DNA from: Auanema rhodensis
Taxonomy: Eukaryota > Animalia > Nematoda
Reading direction: 5' to 3'
DNA length: 64,000 nucleotides
Assembly: GCA_964057225.1 (NCBI GenBank)
Contig: OZ059897.1
Span: 8,556,001 to 8,620,000, forward strand
Part shown: positions 61,129 through 64,000 of the stretch, piece after piece
How the letters are laid out: each line of letters starts with the position of its first letter
How positions within the stretch are numbered: the first letter of the stretch is position 1
Position numbers and translations under genes: made by a program
Notes under the pieces: generated by a model
Database searches by the model: none
What the model saw: only the letters and a program-made list of their open reading frames with translations
What the model was told of the DNA's origin: nothing

Positions 61129-61448
61129 GTTAATTCTTTTTTTTTTCTTTTTTTCTTGAAAAAAAAATATAAAGCACACATGCGGGTGTGACTTCTCGGT
61201 CAAGCTTTAAGTAATAATATACATTGAATACTTTGTTTGACTATTTAAATTATTTAATTTATTATTTATATTTGTAAACTTATTTATATTAAATTTTATT
61301 TTTTTTGTAAAGAAACTGTAATTTCAATTTATAATCGAAATATAATTTTTTTGTTTTCTTTATATTGTCTAGACAATACACACATTATATTAAAAGAGAA
61401 AGAGAGGGGGGAAAAGGGAAACAATAAAAATGCGAGGGAAACACGAAT

Positions 61449-61452
<4 letters not shown>

Positions 61453-61505
<53 letters not shown>

Positions 61506-61545
61506 AAAAGAGATAAAGAGAGAGAGAGAAAGAGAGAGAGACAGG
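61453..61545. repeat. (AG)n microsatellite with degenerate tail, between convergent genes
   Basis: Read directly. Confidence 0.95.
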
Positions 61546-61668
61546 ATGAGCGAGACAGAGGGTGAGTGACTGAGTTGATATTTCAAAGTTAAAAGGCTGC
61601 TTCATGAGCTTCAAAGGCTAATTTCAGTATTATATCATCTAATTCTTTTTTTCTGGTTCATCTTATTA

Positions 61669-63716
61669 TCAATGCTGGATTACGGTAATTGAGAAATCCA
61701 TCTTATCTTCTGATTGGAAACGTATTCTATGTGACACGGTCAGGGAACGAATCCATGCCTGTAAATGTAGAAAAAAGCTTTTCAGAACAATATAACTTGA
61801 TATGGTTACCGATTCATTTCCCAATTTCATTTTATAAACTCCTGGTCCTGGAGCTTTAATCCTCATATAATCGGTGGTCGGCATTCCTGGATAATCGAAA
61901 TCTGGATACCATTCCATCATTTCATTTAAATCAAAATCAACTGCTGCTTCATTTTCATGATACCAGATACCCATGCCGAATGTTCGATCACAATATCTGA
62001 ATAAAGGAAGATTTTTAAGAATTATAATAAGATTATTACCTATTAACTACAAGATAAATATCTTGATCTTGAGGTGGAACTATATATGTTAGCATCTTAG
62101 CTTTTCCAGCTGGTATAACAGTTGTTATCATATCTTCAACAGCAGGAGTTTCCTTAGATGGTGTCCAATACAGATTAATAGGAATTGGATCAAATGGAAT
62201 ATTCAATCGATCTCTGTAATCATCATTCATAAGACTTTCGAACAAGAGTTAGCTAGTTGTCCTACCTGCACATAGCATCTCCATTAGCATCAACCAATGT
62301 TCCTCCCCAATGCTTAGGAATATTCTGTGGAAGAGCATGCTACAAATAAATTTTAGTATTACAGTAGGCTAAATCTAAAAAATTACCTTCTGTATAACTG
62401 ATTGCCAATCGTTTGAGCCAAAAATTTGGACTTTATTTCTAGTTCTTTCTGGAAGAAGTGGTCCAATAGCCTGTAAAAGAAGGGGAATTCTTTATTTTTT
62501 ATCCAAATAATGTATTATTACCTTCCAGATGATAGTCATAAAGGATGGAGCATTAACAATAAACATTTTATCAATCCATTCAGGATAATTTGTATAAACT
62601 GATGCCCATAATATACGATATGGTCCTGAAATTCCACGATAATCCCTCGTAATTTTTGAGCTTCTAACTCACCGGTCACAATACTTAACAAAGATGGATC
62701 AAATTTGAGACCTTCTAAGTCCAGAATATAAATGACGGCAGCCTTAAATCAATCTCACTTTCAGCATTTTGATGGAAATGATTCACCTGTTTTCCACTTT
62801 TCTTCTCAACTTCATTCATGGCCTTCAACATTTTCTCTTGAAAACGATATCTGAATCATATACATGTCAACTTGTATCATTCAATCTTTGGAAATTAGTA
62901 CCTTTGGATCAAAAAGTCAGACAAATGAACCGATTTCAAGATACCCATTAAGTCAATGCGTCCTGCACATTCTATTACAAGTAAGTTATTGGCAAGTCCA
63001 GTCTCTCCTAGAAAGACATACTTGTAGAATTATCTTGTTCAATCAGATGTTTTTTTCGGAATCTAACAAGGACAATTGAGAGTTAATAAGAAAGTTTCAG
63101 TGTACTTTGTAAAATGACTTACGTTACCATGATATTCACGTGAGCAATTAAGACAGAAAGTGAGATAGATAGATAAAGAAAGAGAGTGAGAGAAGAGAAA
63201 GAAAGAGAGAAGGGTCATTTGAGTTTTTTTGAACATTCAAAGCAGTTTTTACTCACGTATCTAGATGTTTACACAAAGAATAATGAAGTTTCTACTTCCC
63301 ATTCCAAAAAAAAGGAACAAAGTTTAACTTCCGGTCACTAACATGATAAGATAAACTAACCAACTAATCCTATTGGAAAGTATTTCTTCAGGATTTCATG
63401 CTCTTTTATTTTTTCAGCATTATCCAAATCATAAAATCGTCTAAATTTGAGATGGCGTGATATTTCTTCTGTGGCTTCTTCCAAATGGAAGCCATAGCCC
63501 TGAAACATGTTGAAAAGTTAATTATAAACATTTGGAAAAGCTGTATAGTACCTGTGCCCAACGAAGAAGATTAAAATCCGTTCCAAACTGATCTGATAAC
63601 AATTCCTTACACTAAAAACATCAAATTTGAATGAATATTCTTCATCGAAGATTAAATAAAGATTGTTTTACTTCTTTTCTAAGATATGCAACAGCATGTT
63701 TCTCCTCTTCATTCAT
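61669..63716 (-). CDS. SEC14-like CRAL-TRIO + GOLD domain lipid-binding protein (5' end may extend further)
   Basis: TDFNLLRWAQG, KYFPIGLVG, IYILDLEGLKFD, TNYPEWIDKMFIVNAPSF, PLLPERTRNKV, IPKHWGG, GVYKMKLGNEAW. Confidence 0.88.
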
Positions 63717-64000
63717 GATGATTCTTGTCTCGTTGTAAATAGCCGAAAGGGATCTGAAACACAATGCTAGATATTTGAAATATCGTCAAATGGAATAAGC
63801 TAAAACGAATATGATAATACGAAAATGCAAAAAGAATGAAGCAGAAAATTGTCATTTTATCCAAAGCAAATCATACTGGTCATAATACGGGTTTTTGAAG
63901 CTAAATAGTTGTTAGCTATATGTGTATAGTTAGCTATTTATTTACATGTCTCACAGGTTTTTTTCTGTTTTAGATGAAGCGCTATAGCTCTCAACTACTC

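Noticed and set aside
1-64000. tRNA, rRNA, CRISPR arrays, intact transposons
   Set aside because: No cloverleaf or A/B-box pair, rRNA motif, spaced repeat array, LTR/TIR pair or intact transposase/RT ORF seen by eye.

Overview
Eukaryotic, AT-rich, gene-dense DNA from a clade V (rhabditid) nematode. Evidence: 36-50 nt GT-AG introns, TTTTCAG acceptors, cuticle collagens and an SL2 spliced-leader RNA gene. Bases 1-12,000 are gene-poor, with microsatellites and one decayed coding-like island. From 12 kb onward, in order: mtrr-1 (-, with an SL2 RNA gene nested in an intron), a two-domain C-type lectin (-), a TTC4/Cns1 TPR co-chaperone (-) head-to-head with cdc-14 (+), a degenerate coding-like region (-), a secreted TIL-domain protein (+), chmp-7 (+), a collagen (+), a small five-exon secreted/neuropeptide-like gene absent from the ORF track (+), rpl-32 (-), a prothymosin-like acidic protein (+), an ShKT-domain heme peroxidase (+), a collagen (-), rpl-36.A (+, two intronic H/ACA snoRNAs), nbs-1 (+), an orphan single-pass membrane protein (+) and a CRAL-TRIO/GOLD gene (-). 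From memory, several orthologues (mtrr-1, cdc-14, rpl-32, chmp-7, rpl-36.A, nbs-1) lie on C. elegans chromosome II. All gene models were spliced by eye and no database search was run. The most notable items are the intronic same-strand SL2 RNA gene inside a probable downstream operon gene, the candidate amidated-peptide precursor, the twin snoRNAs, and several GC-rich structured intronic islands.
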